From: Nemertoderma westbladi
Taxonomy: Eukaryota; Animalia; Xenacoelomorpha
Direction of reading: 5' to 3'
Length of the DNA: 64,000 nt
NCBI GenBank assembly: GCA_032718475.1
Contig: JAUCBJ010005881.1
Location: 1 to 64,000, forward strand
The translations under genes were made by a program, and so were the position numbers. How positions within the stretch are numbered: the stretch's first letter is position 1; every line of letters begins with the position of its first letter. The notes under the pieces were generated by a model, which worked only from the letters and a program-made list of their open reading frames with translations, did not search any database and was not told the origin of the DNA. Of the stretch, positions 1-13,499 are shown in pieces.

Positions 1-115
1 CTAAAAAATACAACATTGGACTTTTATACGACTTTCCCGTTTCCCATGACTATTGACAGAGCGTTTTTAGAGCCGAACGGCGTTAAACTCGTCATACAAC
101 TATTTCAAATAATAG

Positions 116-188
116 CTGCCGCCAACTAGCAACGGCTGCCGCCACCTAGCAACGGCTGCCGCCAACTAGCAACGGCTGCCGCCAACTA
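116..188. repeat. 20-bp tandem repeat (GCCGCCAACTAGCAACGGCT, ~3.5 copies)
   Basis: Directly visible tandem copies. Confidence 0.9.
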
Positions 189-969
189 CTGTAGCAGACT
201 TAACAATTCCGATTCTTCATCAGGGGCAGTTTCGTAATGACTTAAATTAAATAACTTATGACTTAAAAAACTTAAATTGAAATTTAAATATCCCGCCATT
301 AAACCTTTGTAATACAGGACCAGGAGTTTTACGTCTATACTGTAAGTCTATCAACGGACACCCACCAATCAGTATGACCTGTTTCCGGTAGCAACTGACA
401 TACAATAATGTTACACATGTTAATTTATTACCACTGTCAGCCCCTGTTATCTTTCTCTATACTCACAAACCCTGAAGGACATTGGTATAGTGTAACGTTG
501 ACTGCTTACCCACCCTTTACTTACATGTAAATCGTACCCGTCACACACAAAAACGTTTTACTATATGAATGAATATCAACCTAATTAACATCTGGTGTCA
601 CATACAGAACACTCGGTAACAACCCTAACTAATACAACCCCAACAATAAGGGAAGAGGTTAACGTAAGTTAATCATTGATTTCTGGCGGACCAACTAACT
701 GTAGGCCTATGCATTTGCATTGCTACCGTAAATTATCATTATTACAAATAATTCCTTGTCGCCATGGCTACGATTATCTCGTCACCAATACCTTAATTCG
801 CCAATCATTATGTTTCTCGCCCATGTAAAGAATACCAGGATTTCACTTTTCGGTCGACTTTTTATTGGAATATGTAGATTTTTTACTTTTTTTTTAATTT
901 ATCTTTATTAAGTGTTTTATAGCCCTCTTATTTCTGTCTTATAACCTGTACATAATACTAATCGTCCCG

Positions 970-1095
970 GCCCATGTGAAGAATACCAGACTTTCTGTCG
1001 TTATATTTCACTTTGCAGTTACCCCCATGTGAAGAATACCAGACTTTCTGTCGTTATATTTCACTTTGCAGTTACCCCCATGTGATGACTACCAG
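970..1095. repeat. ~54-bp tandem duplication (CCCATGTGAAGAATACCAGACTTTCTGTCG...)
   Basis: Two near-identical copies plus partial copies at ~820 and ~1077. Confidence 0.8.
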
Positions 1096-1175
1096 GTTTT
1101 CACCAAAAACACAAGTTACAGAAGGGCTGAATCTAACCAAGGAAACGTATATTCAAGTCATTCGGGAATCGTAAA

Positions 1176-1330
1176 GTCAGGTTATCCGTGTGGTCAGAGC
1201 CTCGAGCCTTCCAATCGGGAGGTCGTGAGTTCGAGCCTCAGAAAAGTCAGAAATAAGGAATATCCCAGTTTTTGTTAAGCTGTCAGCTGTGATTGGATAG
1301 TGAGAGTATTAGATCTTAGGAGTTATAATT
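1176..1330 (+). mobile_element. tRNA-derived SINE-like element (degenerate)
   Basis: tRNA-like head with A-box-like (TGGTCAGAGC) and B-box (GAGTTCGAGCC) motifs at tRNA spacing; no intact acceptor stem; 3' boundary approximate. Confidence 0.55.
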
Positions 1331-1351
1331 ACTATAATTACTGCGACTAAC

Positions 1352-1539
1352 CATCCACTGGTGCGTCCAATGATGGGGCTCCATTTTGTGCGTTATTGGG
1401 ATCGTTGTACTGAACTAATATACTTATTGACGCGTCTAGCTTCTGTTTGTTGGATTTGCATAGATTAACTGTGGCAGCCATAGTGTTTGTGGAGCCCCGG
1501 ATACATTCCCTAAGTGGTATCTGGCAGGTTCCCAACAAT
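1352..1539 (-). CDS. Ferlin (myoferlin/dysferlin-like) coding exon 3, end of C2A domain plus linker
   Basis: Acceptor ccctatAG, donor G|GTTAGT; phase-2 join to the previous exon gives R-LLGTCQIPLREC...ASISILVQYNDP, matching ferlin LIGTAxVxLxDL...ATIxLxIxYxPP. Confidence 0.8.
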
Positions 1540-2479
1540 CTATAGGGAATTTAAATATCTTACAACTAAATTAGATTTATTCCTTTATTAAAACCTTCAA
1601 ATTAAAAAATACAATCAACTCTACCTGTAACCTAGCAACTAGTGTATGCCTAAGTAATGTGTTTGCGAACAATGCCTACAAGTTCTAGTGTACTTAGTTT
1701 GGTATCGAATATAATTATTACGAATTACAACTATTGTTTGATCCATCTATTGCCTTTTATATTTTTAATAAGTGCATTCTTAAAATGTAATATGTAGGAC
1801 CATTTTATTTATTTGAGACCTGTATAATATATTGAATATAACAATACTAATATAACAGTAAATAATAATTTAATACTGTGAATGGATGAATAAAGAAATA
1901 CTGAATAATCCCACGTCGATATCCCCAAGTTCAATCCAAACGCCTACGTTATTGTGTTTAATAAAGAAAAGTTTGTTAGAGGAGTGAGTCACGAATAGAG
2001 GAGTGAGTCTAACTAAAGTCACGAAATAGATAGTGTGTGACGTCACGGTTTCCAAGTAAACGGATCATAGACATAGATCATCAACATATCATATCATAGA
2101 TAAAGGATAGTAAAATTGAACCTTTTGATTACAGCCTGTCAGCATCCCAAATAAAAAATCACCAGAGTCTGTGATAAGCACTCATACACAGATGGACAGC
2201 AGTTTACCTCTAAGCCTTGAGCATTGCCACGCTCTCGGAAAAGTTGTAAATAGTGTAATTACATTTTATATATGTTTTATGTGTGCGTAGTGTACTTTGT
2301 ATTTTAGTAACAGTAACTATTTATAACGCGGAAAACCAGAGCTTAATAGGAAAATATCGATATACTAAGCGCCATGTTGCATTGCCACTTCATTAAATAT
2401 ATTATATATATATATATATACATGTTCTAGATATTATAGATATATATGAAAAATTCATATAAGAATGATATGCTGGTTT

Positions 2480-2670
2480 CAGAGCAGGTGTATTTAAGAG
2501 GCGTCTCAAGAAAGTCATGGGCTGTCCAGTCCACCATGCTTATCTCTCCATGAGGCCGCCAAAGCACATAATTGTGCGCGGGGTGGTCCACAAGGCGAGA
2601 AACAATGTCCTGCAAAGCGGAGGCGGCTCCATTAAAAGTGTTAAGTATAACATGCTCCAATTCTCGCATA
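2480..2670 (-). mobile_element. Degenerate 3' fragment of the same RTE LINE family as 60435-61963
   Basis: Reverse complement (CGCCTCCGCTTTGCAGGACATTG...CCTCATGGAG...ATAAGCATGGTGGAC...AGCCCATGACTTTCTTGAGACGC) aligns with 61692-61811; lies in a ferlin intron. Confidence 0.85.
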
Positions 2671-2732
2671 CCACGGATTATATAGGTTCAACAATAAGTC
2701 ACGAATAATAAGTTTAACTTTCCGACTCTAAC

Positions 2733-2877
2733 CTATTCCGCCCTACTTTCTCATAGTCCTTCACATCAACTTCCAGTACATCGTTGGCCGTCAGAGGGTT
2801 GTGTAGATCGAAGGCGATCTTCTCATTCCACGTAGGGTTACAGGTGTTCTCAATCACAGAGGTTTGCTTCGCTTGGC
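2733..2877 (-). CDS. Ferlin coding exon 2, C2A domain core
   Basis: Acceptor gtattttAG, donor AG|GTTAGA; 145 nt, phase 1 to 2; GQAKQTSVIENTCNPTWNEKIAFDL...LEVDVKDYEKVGRNR has the C2 TxVxxNxxNPxWNE and ferlin VKDxExxGxNR motifs. Confidence 0.9.
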
Positions 2878-3312
2878 CTAAAATACACAAAAGAATATAA
2901 ACTAACAGTGTCCTTTATTTTATTCATAATAGTTTTCTGTGGTTAAATGGGCCTCGATGGATAATATAGATTATAATCTATATGGTCTTGTCATATCACG
3001 GTATTGTCCTGTTACGCCATCACATGAAATGCAGTGCAGTGTCATGCCAAGTAAGAATTGTAACTTGCTATGCCAACCTATCAAATAATGGTATGTGCTG
3101 CTATGCTGTGCCACTCAAAACTCAAACTCATCAATATGATGTTTCGAGTACTTCTTCACCCGTTCCAAAAAAAATAAAGATGAATTTAACCGTCATTACC
3201 TCTAGTCGACATTCAACATGACTGACAAAATATTTCGACTCATAAAGGGGTCTACTTTGAACAACTCTGGTCACAATATCAACGCCCTGGTACAAATGGG
3301 TTAGACACTCAC

Positions 3313-3409
3313 CTCTGAACTTAACCTCAGTTATGGGGTCACTCTCTCCTAGAGTCTCAACGTTTGGTAAATTAGTCGCGTTACATACTGTCACAATTAA
3401 TGTTGACAT
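3313..3409 (-). CDS. Ferlin first coding exon (ATG at 3409), start of C2A domain
   Basis: MSTLIVTVCNATNLPNVETLGESDPITEVKFR-G; donor AG|GTGAGT (phase 1); an acceptor ttttccAG 10 nt upstream of the ATG implies an unlocated non-coding upstream exon. Confidence 0.88.
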
Positions 3410-3566
3410 TTTTTGTGACCTGGAAAATAAATAGTTAGATACGTAATTAACAAATAGTAAACATGATATAAACTATGTAATTCTTGACCTGTTGTCTAGT
3501 TACCGCAAGGAGAACGAATTTTATTATAAAGATTTAACATTTTACGTGAAACGAAGAAGGAAACTA

Positions 3567-5385
3567 CAACAAGGAGGAATGCACAAGGAAGAATGTACAT
3601 GGACAAGGAGGAATGTACAAGGAAGAATGTACATGTACAAGGAGGAATGTACAAGGAAGAATGTACATGGACAAGGAGGATTGTTCAAGGAAGAATTTAC
3701 ATGTACAAGGAGGTATGTACAAGGAAGAATGTACATGTACAAGGAGGAATGTACACGGAAAAGGAGGAATGCACAAGGAAGAATGTACATGGGCAAGGAG
3801 GAATGTACAAGGAAGAATGTACATGGACAAGGAGGATTGTTCAAGGAAGAATTTACATGTACAAGGAGGTATGTACAAGGAAGAATGTACATGTAAAAGG
3901 AGGAATGTACAAGGAAGAATATACATGTTCGAGGAAGTATGTACATGTACAAGGAGGAATGTACAAGGAATAATTTCCTTTTACAAGGAGGAATGTACAA
4001 GGAAAAATGTACATGTACAAGGAGGAATGTACAAGCAAGAATGTACATGTACAAGGAGGAATGTACACGGAAAAGGAGGAATGCACAAGGAAGAATGTAC
4101 ATGGACAAGGAGGAATGTACAAGGAAGAATGTACATGTACAAGGAGGAATGTACACGGAAAAGGAGGAATGCACAAGGAAGAATGTACATGGACAAGGAG
4201 GATTGTTCAAGGAAGAATTTACATGTACAAGGAGGTATGTACAAGGAAGAATGTACATGGACAAGGAGGATTGTTCAAGGAAGAATTTACATGTACAAGG
4301 AGGTATGTACAAGGAAGAATGTACATGGACAAGGAGGATTGTTCAAGGAAGAATTTACATGTACAAGGAGGTATGTACAAGGAAGAATGTACATGTAAAA
4401 GGAGGAATGTACAAGGAAGAATATACATGTTCGAGGAAGTATGTACATGTACAAGGAGGAATGTACAAGGAAGAATAAATACATGTACAAAGAGGGATGT
4501 ACAAGGAAGAATGTACATGGAATAATTTCCTTTTACAAGGAGGAATGTACAAGGAAAAATGTACATGTACAAGGAGGAATGTACAAGCAAGAATGTACAT
4601 GTACAAGGAGGAATGTACACGGAAAAGGAGGAATGCACAAGGAAGAATGTACATGGGCAAGGAGGAATGTACAAGGAAGAATGTACATGGACAAGGAGGA
4701 TTGTTCAAGGAAGAATTTACATGTACAAGGAGGTATGTACAAGGAAGAATGTACATGTAAAAGGAGGAATGTACAAGGAAGAATGTACATGTACAAGGAG
4801 GAATGTACAAGGAAGAATGTACATGTACAAGGAGGAATGTACAAGGAGGAATGTATAAGGAAGTATGTACATGTACAAGGAGGAATGTACAAGGAAGAAT
4901 GTACATGTACACGGAGGAATGCACAATGAAGAATGTAAATGTACAAGGAAGTATGTACATGTAGACGGAGGATTGTACAAGGTAGAATGTACAAGGTAGG
5001 ATATACATGTACAAGGAAGCATGTACATGTACAAGGAGTAATGTACAAGGTGGAATGTAAAAGGTGAAATGTACATGTCCAAGGAAGTATGTACATGAAC
5101 ACGGGTGAAGGTACAAGGAAGAATGTACATGTACAAGGAAGTATGTACATGTACAAGGAGTAATGTACAAGGTGGAATGTACAAGGAGGAATGTGCATGT
5201 TCAAGGATGAATGTACAATGAAGAATGTACATGTACAAGGAGGAATGTTTAAGGAAGAATGTACATGTACAAGGAGGGATGTACAAGGAAGTATGTACAT
5301 GTACAAGGATGAATGTACAATGAAGAATGTACATGTACAAGGAGGAATGTTTAAGGAAGAATGTACATGTACAAGGAGGAATGAA
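3567..5385. repeat. Minisatellite built from TGTACA and AGGAGGAA/AGGAAGAA subunits
   Basis: Visible ~14/20/34-bp periodic array that generates spurious multi-frame ORFs. Confidence 0.95.
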
Positions 5386-5523
5386 CAAACCATCCTGACG
5401 TTGCAGTACAAAGGGCGGTTCTGGCAATAGATAGATTGTCAGTCGTCACTCAACGATAAATATTTTTCTAAATGGAAGAGAAATATATATTTTTCGAAGT
5501 AAAAATATAGAGAAAAGTAGAGA

Positions 5524-5622
5524 TGTGGGGCGAGCCACGAAGTTGGCGGAGCCTTAGCGAATTGACACTGTTAGGGGGTGGGTCAATTTATGCAAATAGT
5601 TGTCGTCGTCGTCGTCGTCGTT

Positions 5623-5664
<42 letters not shown>

Positions 5665-6053
5665 GTCTTCGTCGTTACGATTTTGACATGCTAATAACTT
5701 TGTCGGATTTAAAGCTGCCAAGTTGAAAATTTGTAGGTATCAATATGAGCAAAAGTTGAGATTTTTGAGAGACTTTCAGACACCATCAGTGCAATGGTCT
5801 CCCGCTAGAGGGCCACATGTCTAAACATTAAATGCCCTCCCATTTCTTTGCTTTTAATCCGTTTAAGCTGAAACTTGGCAGATATGTATTAGACCATTAG
5901 ATGTGACTTTCAAAGGAGGCGAATCCATCTGCAGTTCTCCAGTCTGCCGCTAGAGGGCCAACGTGACTATTTGCATAAATTGACCTACCCCCTAACAGTG
6001 TCAATTCGCTAAGGCTCTGCCAACTTCGTGCTGCGCGAAGTCCCCACTTCGTG
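5524..6053. mobile_element. Non-autonomous inverted-repeat element (MITE or Helentron/DINE-like)
   Basis: ~65-bp inverted repeats (5536-5600 and ~5966-6030), internal (GTC)n microsatellite 5601-5675 and a terminal hairpin CGAAGT-CCCC-ACTTCG. Confidence 0.75.
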
Positions 6054-6364
6054 TATAAATATATATATTACTACTAATCTGTGTCAGGGATTCGATGGAA
6101 GTAATTTAAGATTCTATTTGGTATAATTTGTTATATTTATGTAACAAAATTACGTACAAGATTGAATTAAAATGGCACAATTAAGCGTTATCATTGAATT
6201 ATATATATTGAATTGAAAAGTTATTATAGAACCTTGTATATTTATGTAAACATCCCTCGCTACGCTCGCTCTAGCCCGGTACATAAATACACGGTGTAAA
6301 GTGCTACTTTTCACACAATAAATTTACATCGTTGATTAAAAATAAGCGACAATTCAGTTATATT

Positions 6365-7080
6365 GCTCTCTCTTTACTCTTTCTATTTACTCTCAATATT
6401 TACTCTCTCTCTTCCATCTCTCTTTAATCTCTCTTTACTCTCCCTTTACTCTCTCTTTACTCTCTCTTTACTCTCTCTTTACTCTCCCTTTACTCTCCCT
6501 TTACTCTCCCTTTACTCTCCCTTTACTCTCTCTTTACTCTCCCTTTACTCTCCCTTTACTCTCTCTTTACACTCTCTTTACTCTCTCTTTACTCTCTCTT
6601 TACTCTCTCTCTACTCTCTCTTTACTCTCTCTTTACTCTCTCCCTACTCTCTCCCTACTCTCTCTTTACTCTCTCTTTACTCCATCTTTACTCTCTCTTT
6701 ACTCTTTCTTTACTCTCTCTTTACTCTCTCTCTACTCTCTCTTTACTCTCTCTTTACTCTCTCCCTACTCTCTCCCTACTCTCTCTTTACTCTCTCTTTA
6801 CTCCATCTTTACTCTCTCTTTACTCTTTCTTTACTCTCTCTTTACTCTCTCCCTACTCTCTCCCTACTCTCTCTTTACTCTCTCTTTACTCCATCTTTAC
6901 TCTCTCTTTACTCTTTCTTTACTCTCTCTTTACTCTCTCTCTACTCTCTCTTTACTCTCTCTTTATTCTCTCTTTACTCTCTCTTTACTCTCTCTTTACT
7001 CTCTCTTTACTCTCTCTTTTCTCTCTCTTTACTCTCTCTCTACTCTCTCTCTACTCTCTGTCTTTACTCTCTCTTTACTT
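6365..7080. repeat. 11-bp pyrimidine-rich repeat (CTTTACTCTCT)n
   Basis: Visible array. Confidence 0.95.
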
Positions 7081-8689
7081 TTTCTTTACCTGCCGGATTT
7101 TCCTTCTTTGTTTTTTGATTTAGGCATCGCGAAATTCCTAAATTTTCTTCTAACAAATTTTAAAAATGTAGACAGTGTTGATGGGATATAATTACGTAAT
7201 TATTAAACAGTAAACCATATTAAGTAAGATTAATCCGCATAGTTTCTCTCAGTTGTGTAGGTATACAATTAATTCCAGGGTTGGTTACTGACAAAATCTA
7301 TAATAATCGATATTAAATTATATTTATAACTTTTTTGACAACTTGTTTTGTCCCTTGGGAAAAAAGTAGAACATTTTCACAGATAATAAAGAATCGATAG
7401 AATATTGAAAACTGCGTTTTATCTAGTTTTTAGTTATGTAATATTATTCTTTAATTGGTACTTTTTTTGTTGTTTAATTCTTGTAATAAAAGATAAATTA
7501 TATAATGTTACACAATAAATTGAACTGTAGTATTTTACTATATTGCTTCCATAGTTACTCCGATTCCAATTATTGTACACTTCAACTCCTTACTCAATGT
7601 TACAATAATTTAGTCTTCTCGTATATTTATTACGTAACTAGAGAGCCGCTTAACAACATAAATCAATATTTATTATTGAGTTCCGTTTTATAAAGATGCA
7701 ATAACTTTTCAATGTGTGCATTGATTTTGCTTAAATTACGTACAATCCTTTTCTACTTCGAAGCTCTTTCAACACATTTAATATAATTCAAGAAATTTCA
7801 CAAAAAATATTTCACATTTTCTTATTTTATGTTTTTTGCCAGGGAAAAAAGGTAAAAGTAATGTAATCCTATGGGTTACTTATTTTTCCTAGGAAAAAAA
7901 TGAACTCATTTTCTCTCGATTTTAGGGTATATTCTGTCGACAAAAGTAACAATTTAAGAATAGCCTAACACATTACTTCGAGTCATGCGTTTGAACAATC
8001 CGTTTGTTTTTTAAAAACACGAAAAACCCAAAAGATAATAATTAACAAGTATTTTTTATGGCTCTACAAAATGGTTAGATACGCGACTAAACCAATGCAT
8101 AAATAATCAAATACAACACCAGATGGCTTCTATGGGGTGTTCATCTTTAGTAAGCCGAGCAGTAGCGATGCAGAAATCCGAGTAAAGATGACACATTGTT
8201 ATTGCCTAGGTTACCTAGATGAGTTCATGGTTGGAGTCATATTAAATGTTATGTTTATATTTAACTTCAATATGTTAGACTTCATTGCTGTCTCTTATTT
8301 TGAATTTGATGTTGTTGGTTAAAAATAGGTCGACATAGAGATGGGGATGTTACTTAGACGTTAGACACATTCCACGTTTTTTACTTAATTATCACAACAC
8401 AATTAATTAGTATTATGTAGTTATACAATAATTACATAAATTACTGTAGTTTCTAGTTCTAATTACTCAAGTGGTTTGGTACTGATACGACGCTGTCAAA
8501 CAACTTACATGGATTCAACGCAAATGTTAATTTTTGCAGAAATTTATTTATTTAGAGCCATTCATTAAATGTTAAAACAATAATTTATTAATATTTAATA
8601 TTAATATTTAATAATAATTACCAGGAATACTTAAAATTACAGACTTATTATATCGTACCTTGTTGATTGGGGAATTTTTAGACATTTGT

Positions 8690-9172
8690 CAATGCGCGGC
8701 AATCATTACCAAATCAACCGGATTTTAAGAAATTATGGGTTTTTTTGGAGACGCTGATCACGAATATGACTATCAAAAAATCATATCATCCAAAAAAATT
8801 CGATTCTTGCAGTTTGTATAATATTATAATAATGTAATAATATTTATAACTAGTTTCCATCGTGATCAGCGACCTCGGAAACGTTAAGAATTATCAAATC
8901 AATCACAACATGTTTTAGTTTGACTATTTTTACTTGTACTTTTCGTCCTGGGGGACCAAAATAGCCCCAAAATGACGGTTCCATTGCCAGAAAATATCAT
9001 AACATGTTTATATAACAAGTTTTATCGTGATCAGCGACCTCGAAAACCCTTATACCATCAAAATTGTAATTTTTGAGTCAAGGTCTAAAAACTTTCTAAA
9101 ATGACAACCACCCCCCCCCCCTCCCGCGCGGGGGCAATGACGTAGTTAAATAGCCCGGGCCAGATAGAGTTA
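8690..9172. mobile_element. Probable non-autonomous DNA transposon end fragment (TTAA-ended, piggyBac-like)
   Basis: Repeated GTGATCAGCGACCTCG motifs and a terminus ...GGGCCAGATAGAGTTAA; no matching other end found. Confidence 0.3.
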
Positions 9173-10449
9173 ACCTAAATCAGATTAAAACGCAAACTTT
9201 TAACCTGAATCAGTTTATAACACTAACTCTTAATCTAAATCAGAATAAAACGCAAACTTTTAACCTAAATGAGTTTATAAAACTAACTCTTAACCTAAAT
9301 CAGTTTAAAACGCAAACTTTTAAACTAAATCAGATTAAAACGCAAACTTTTAACCTGAATCAGTTTATAACACTAACTCTTAACCTAAATCAGTTTATAA
9401 CACAAACTTTTAACCTAAATCAGTTTATAACACTAACTCTTAACCTAAATCAGATTAAAACGCAAACTTTTAAACTAAATCAGATTAAAACGCAAACTTT
9501 TAACCTGAATCAGTTTATAACACTAACTCTTAACCTAAATCAGTTTAAAACGCAAACTTTTAACCTGAATCAGTTTATAACACAAACTCTTAATCTAAAT
9601 CAGTTTATACACTAAATCTTAACCTAAATCAGATTAAAACGCAAACTTTTAAACTAAATCAGATTAAAACGCAAACTTTTAACCTGAATCAGTTTATAAC
9701 ACTAACTCTTAACCTAAATCAGTTTAAAACGCAAACTTTTAACCTGAATCAGTTTATAACACTAACTCTTAACCTAAATCAGATTAAAACGCAAACTTTT
9801 AGCCTGAATCAGTTTATAACACTAACTCTTAATCTAAATCAGAATAAAACGCAAACTTTTAACCTAAATGAGTTTATAAAACTAACTCTTAACCTAAATC
9901 AGTTTAAAACGCAAACTTTTAAACTAAATCAGATTAAAACGCAAACTTTTAACCTGAATCAGTTTATAACACTAACTCTTAACCTAAATCAGTTTATAAC
10001 ACAAACTTTTAACCTAAATCAGTTTATAACACTAACTCTTAACCTAAATCAGATTAAAACGCAAACTTTTAAACTAAATCAGATTAAAACGCAAACTTTT
10101 AACCTGAATCAGTTTATAACACTAACTCTTAACCTAAATCAGTTTAAAACGCAAACTTTTAACCTGAATCAGTTTATAACACAAACTCTTAATCTAAATC
10201 AGTTTATACACTAAATCTTAACCTAAATCAGATTAAAACGCAAACTTTTAAACTAAATCAGATTAAAACGCAAACTTTTAACCTGAATCAGTTTATAACA
10301 CTAACTCTTAACCTAAATCAGTTTAAAACGCAAACTTTTAACCTGAATCAGTTTATAACACTAACTCTTAACCTAAATCAGATTAAAACGCAAACTTTTA
10401 GCCTGAATCAGTTTATAACACTAACTCTTAATCTAAATCAGTTTATACA
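9170..10449. repeat. 30-bp minisatellite with two alternating variants and a 599-bp higher-order duplication
   Basis: TAACCTAAATCAGTTTATAACACTAACTCT / TAACCTGAATCAGATTAAAACGCAAACTTT-type units; rare variants recur at +599 (9231/9830, 9601/10200). Confidence 0.95.
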
Positions 10450-11324
10450 GTAACACAAGCGTTTTTAACCTAACCTTGTTTATGAACCCTTTTATATGTT
10501 GTGACCGAAGTATATATTTAATTTCAGCAAAATTGTCGAACATTTTTTCTTTAAATAAGTCAAACATTTCACAATATAAGTGGGCGAATAATTATTACGT
10601 GGTAAATCTATATATAAATCTAAACTATACAATATACAGTAATAATAATTAATAGTTATTGTTAATTAATAAATATATTGGTAATTCAGTAAGTGAAAGT
10701 ATTACAAATGAGTGCAAATAATAAATATACCAACCTGTAACCAACATTAAAACATTTTGGATTTTTATATTCCACGAATTTATGAAATTAATATGATAAA
10801 CGATAAACCCCACCACCACCGCCCACGTAAATAAATGACACGGATCTGATACACTGCGCTATCCCAACAGCAAACCGTATAGGGTGAGTTAAAGTAATTA
10901 AGAGACCTGCCAATAAGGCAGTAGCTGCGAGCGCAACCAACGCAATTACGGGCTGCTACGCAACACAGTTAGCAATCAGAATGGAATACAGAATCGATTA
11001 TATTACTCCTGTTGTCAGGCAACCAAACAGATTGTATTGTTTCTCATGAACAATGACACATCGCTTTTATAATAGGAGAGAATGGCAGCACAGCTGTACC
11101 AGATAGAATTCCATATCGCTACTGTATTACTGTTACTATTATTATAACTACCCGCTTTGTCACGCTCTATCGCAAACAGCTAATGAAGATATGTATTTTC
11201 CCTGTCACTGAACTTCTTGTGCAACCAGCATGGATCACTGCACCGTTATTCCAGTCACTAAACTTATTGTCACCAACACGGCTGCTCTGCGTCCAAATAC
11301 CTGGCACCATGTACAGTACAGTGC

Positions 11325-11868
11325 AGTACCTGTCACCAATACTTTGTTCCAAGGGGTGCGTGTAGCAGTACCTGTCACCAATACTTTGTTCCAAGGGGTG
11401 CGTGTAGCAGTACCTGTCACCAATACTTTGTTCCAAGGGGTGCGTGTAGCAGTACCTGTCACCAATACTTTGTTCCAATGGGTGCGTGTAGCAGTACCTG
11501 TCACCAATACTTTGTTCCAAGGGGTGCATGTAGCAGTACCTGTCACCAATACTTTGTTCCAAGGGGTGCGTGTAGCAGTACCTGTCACCAATACTTTGTT
11601 CCAAGGGGTGCGTGTAGCAGTACCTGCCACCAATACTTTGTTCCAAGGGGTGCGTGTAGCAGTACCTGTCACCAATACTTTGTTCCAAGGGGTGCGTGTA
11701 GCAGTACCTGTCACCAATACTTTGTTCCAAGGGGTGCGTGTAGCAGTACCTGTCACCAATACTTTGTTCCAAGGGGTGCGTGTAGCAGTACCTGTCACCA
11801 ATACTTTGTTCCAAGGGGTGCGTGTAGCAGTACCTGTCACCAATACTTTGTTCCAAGGGGTGCGTGTA
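11325..11868. repeat. 42-bp near-perfect tandem repeat (~13 copies)
   Basis: AGTACCTGTCACCAATACTTTGTTCCAAGGGGTGCGTGTAGC units with very few substitutions and no spacers. Confidence 0.95.
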
Positions 11869-12195
11869 TTCAATTTCAATACGAACTTCAAAACTTACCC
11901 AATACCGGTACTTCCAGCATCATCCTTCTTTCTAAACTGAAACATTGTGAGATTACTATAAAGCAACCATAGCAACACTTCAGTCTTCCAATGGTGAGGC
12001 AGAAAGGTATCTGGCTAGGTCGTATCCATAGTGATTTGTCGCAATATATTAAGATTGATTGATTCTGTGCAATCAAGTATTATAAACTATAGCCTACTAA
12101 TGTAAAAATTTAATATAAACTTAATTTTCCTAACTAAATTCTGTGAAAACTCTTTTAAATTATTGTACTTCTAGTGCAGTATTAGTAATTAAGTA

Positions 12196-12548
12196 ACCAT
12201 AAATTCATTTATGGTTGACCAAAAATTAATTTATGGTCGACCAAAAATTATTATTTTATGGTCGACCATAAATTAATTCCTGGTAGTTTGAATTTCCCGG
12301 TAACTTGTAGGTCGAGATTTTGACTGGCTATTCATTGGTTAGGGTAGTGGGAAACCATCCAATTGCACGTTTATTTGAATGTAATTACTTAAAGTAACCA
12401 ATGAATGGCCTGTCCAAATCTCGCCGTACAAGGTACCGGGAAATTCAAACTTCCAGAAATTAATTTAAGGTCGACCATAAATTAATAATTTTTCGTCGAC
12501 CATAAATTAATTTTTCGTCGACCATAAATTAATTTTTGGTCGACCATA
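12196..12548. mobile_element. Foldback/MITE-like palindromic element
   Basis: Arms are inverted copies (TTTGAATTTCCCGGTA / TACCGGGAAATTCAAA; CTATTCATTGGTTA / TAACCAATGAATGG) with GGTCGACC-containing subrepeats. Confidence 0.75.
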
Positions 12549-13499
12549 TGAAACTTTCGTGTGTTAAAAAGAAGTGGAAGTGGAAAGGCAGAATTTCTCC
12601 AACAAAAAATGGGGGGGGGGGGGGGGGGGGGAGTGCAGACTCAAAATTAACACATCTAATCAAAATTAATGAAATCATTTATTTGTATTATTACTGGAGG
12701 TCACTTTAGTGTGTATATCTGTCTGTCTGTTTGTCTCTTGCTCTGTCTGTGTGTTTGTCTGTCAAAAATTGAGAAATCAATAAAATTAACAAAACAATCA
12801 TAAATTTATGGTTTTTTTTACCTATTATTGTATATTTATTTAACATATGTATATATTTGTAAAAATAATTGAAAATAACCTTTGGTAATTGAAACCCAAT
12901 TATCTAATAATGAGATTATTGATTTATATTTAATTATTTTATTTTATTTATTTTATTTTATTTATTTAATTTATATAAGTGCTGAGCTGCTAACAGGTAT
13001 CCAGCGGGGCCTGGCGAATTTATTTAAAAATCTTCCTCACAAGAAGGGGGGGGGGGGGGGGGGGGAGATTCTCCAAGGTGGGTGCCTTGGCCCCCTCCCC
13101 CCCCCCCCCCCCCCAACCTGGCTACGCCATTGTTATAATGTCTACATCAATATCAATTGAATGTTCGACTGCAGCTATGTGATAATAAAGCCTTCATCTA
13201 AAGTTATAATATGCAATAAAATCTCTCTGTAACGCCGTTAAAATTTAAAATTTTCGACTACAATAAAAATACGATTACTTTTGCTACAAACAGTTTACAA
13301 CGCACTACAGTAGTGCTGTAGATCGCATCAATAATCCCTATGGCCAGCAATTCAACTTCTTATGTAACGGTACTGACTGAACTGTACAATCGATACAACA
13401 CTCGCAATGTTATATAACTCTTTGGGAATGAATCCAATGCAACTACGGAGAGATATGTAACAAGGGATTATTAGGAATTATATAGAACGAGTTGGGATT

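Noticed and set aside
3492-5430. Many overlapping Cys/Tyr-rich ORFs
   Set aside because: Products of the TGTACA/AGGAGGAA minisatellite.
6363-7118. 251-aa Leu/Ser-rich ORF
   Set aside because: Translation of an 11-bp simple repeat.
11325-11868. 42-bp array as a CRISPR array or coding repeat
   Set aside because: No unique spacers, eukaryotic context, and it is open in several frames only because the unit length is divisible by 3.
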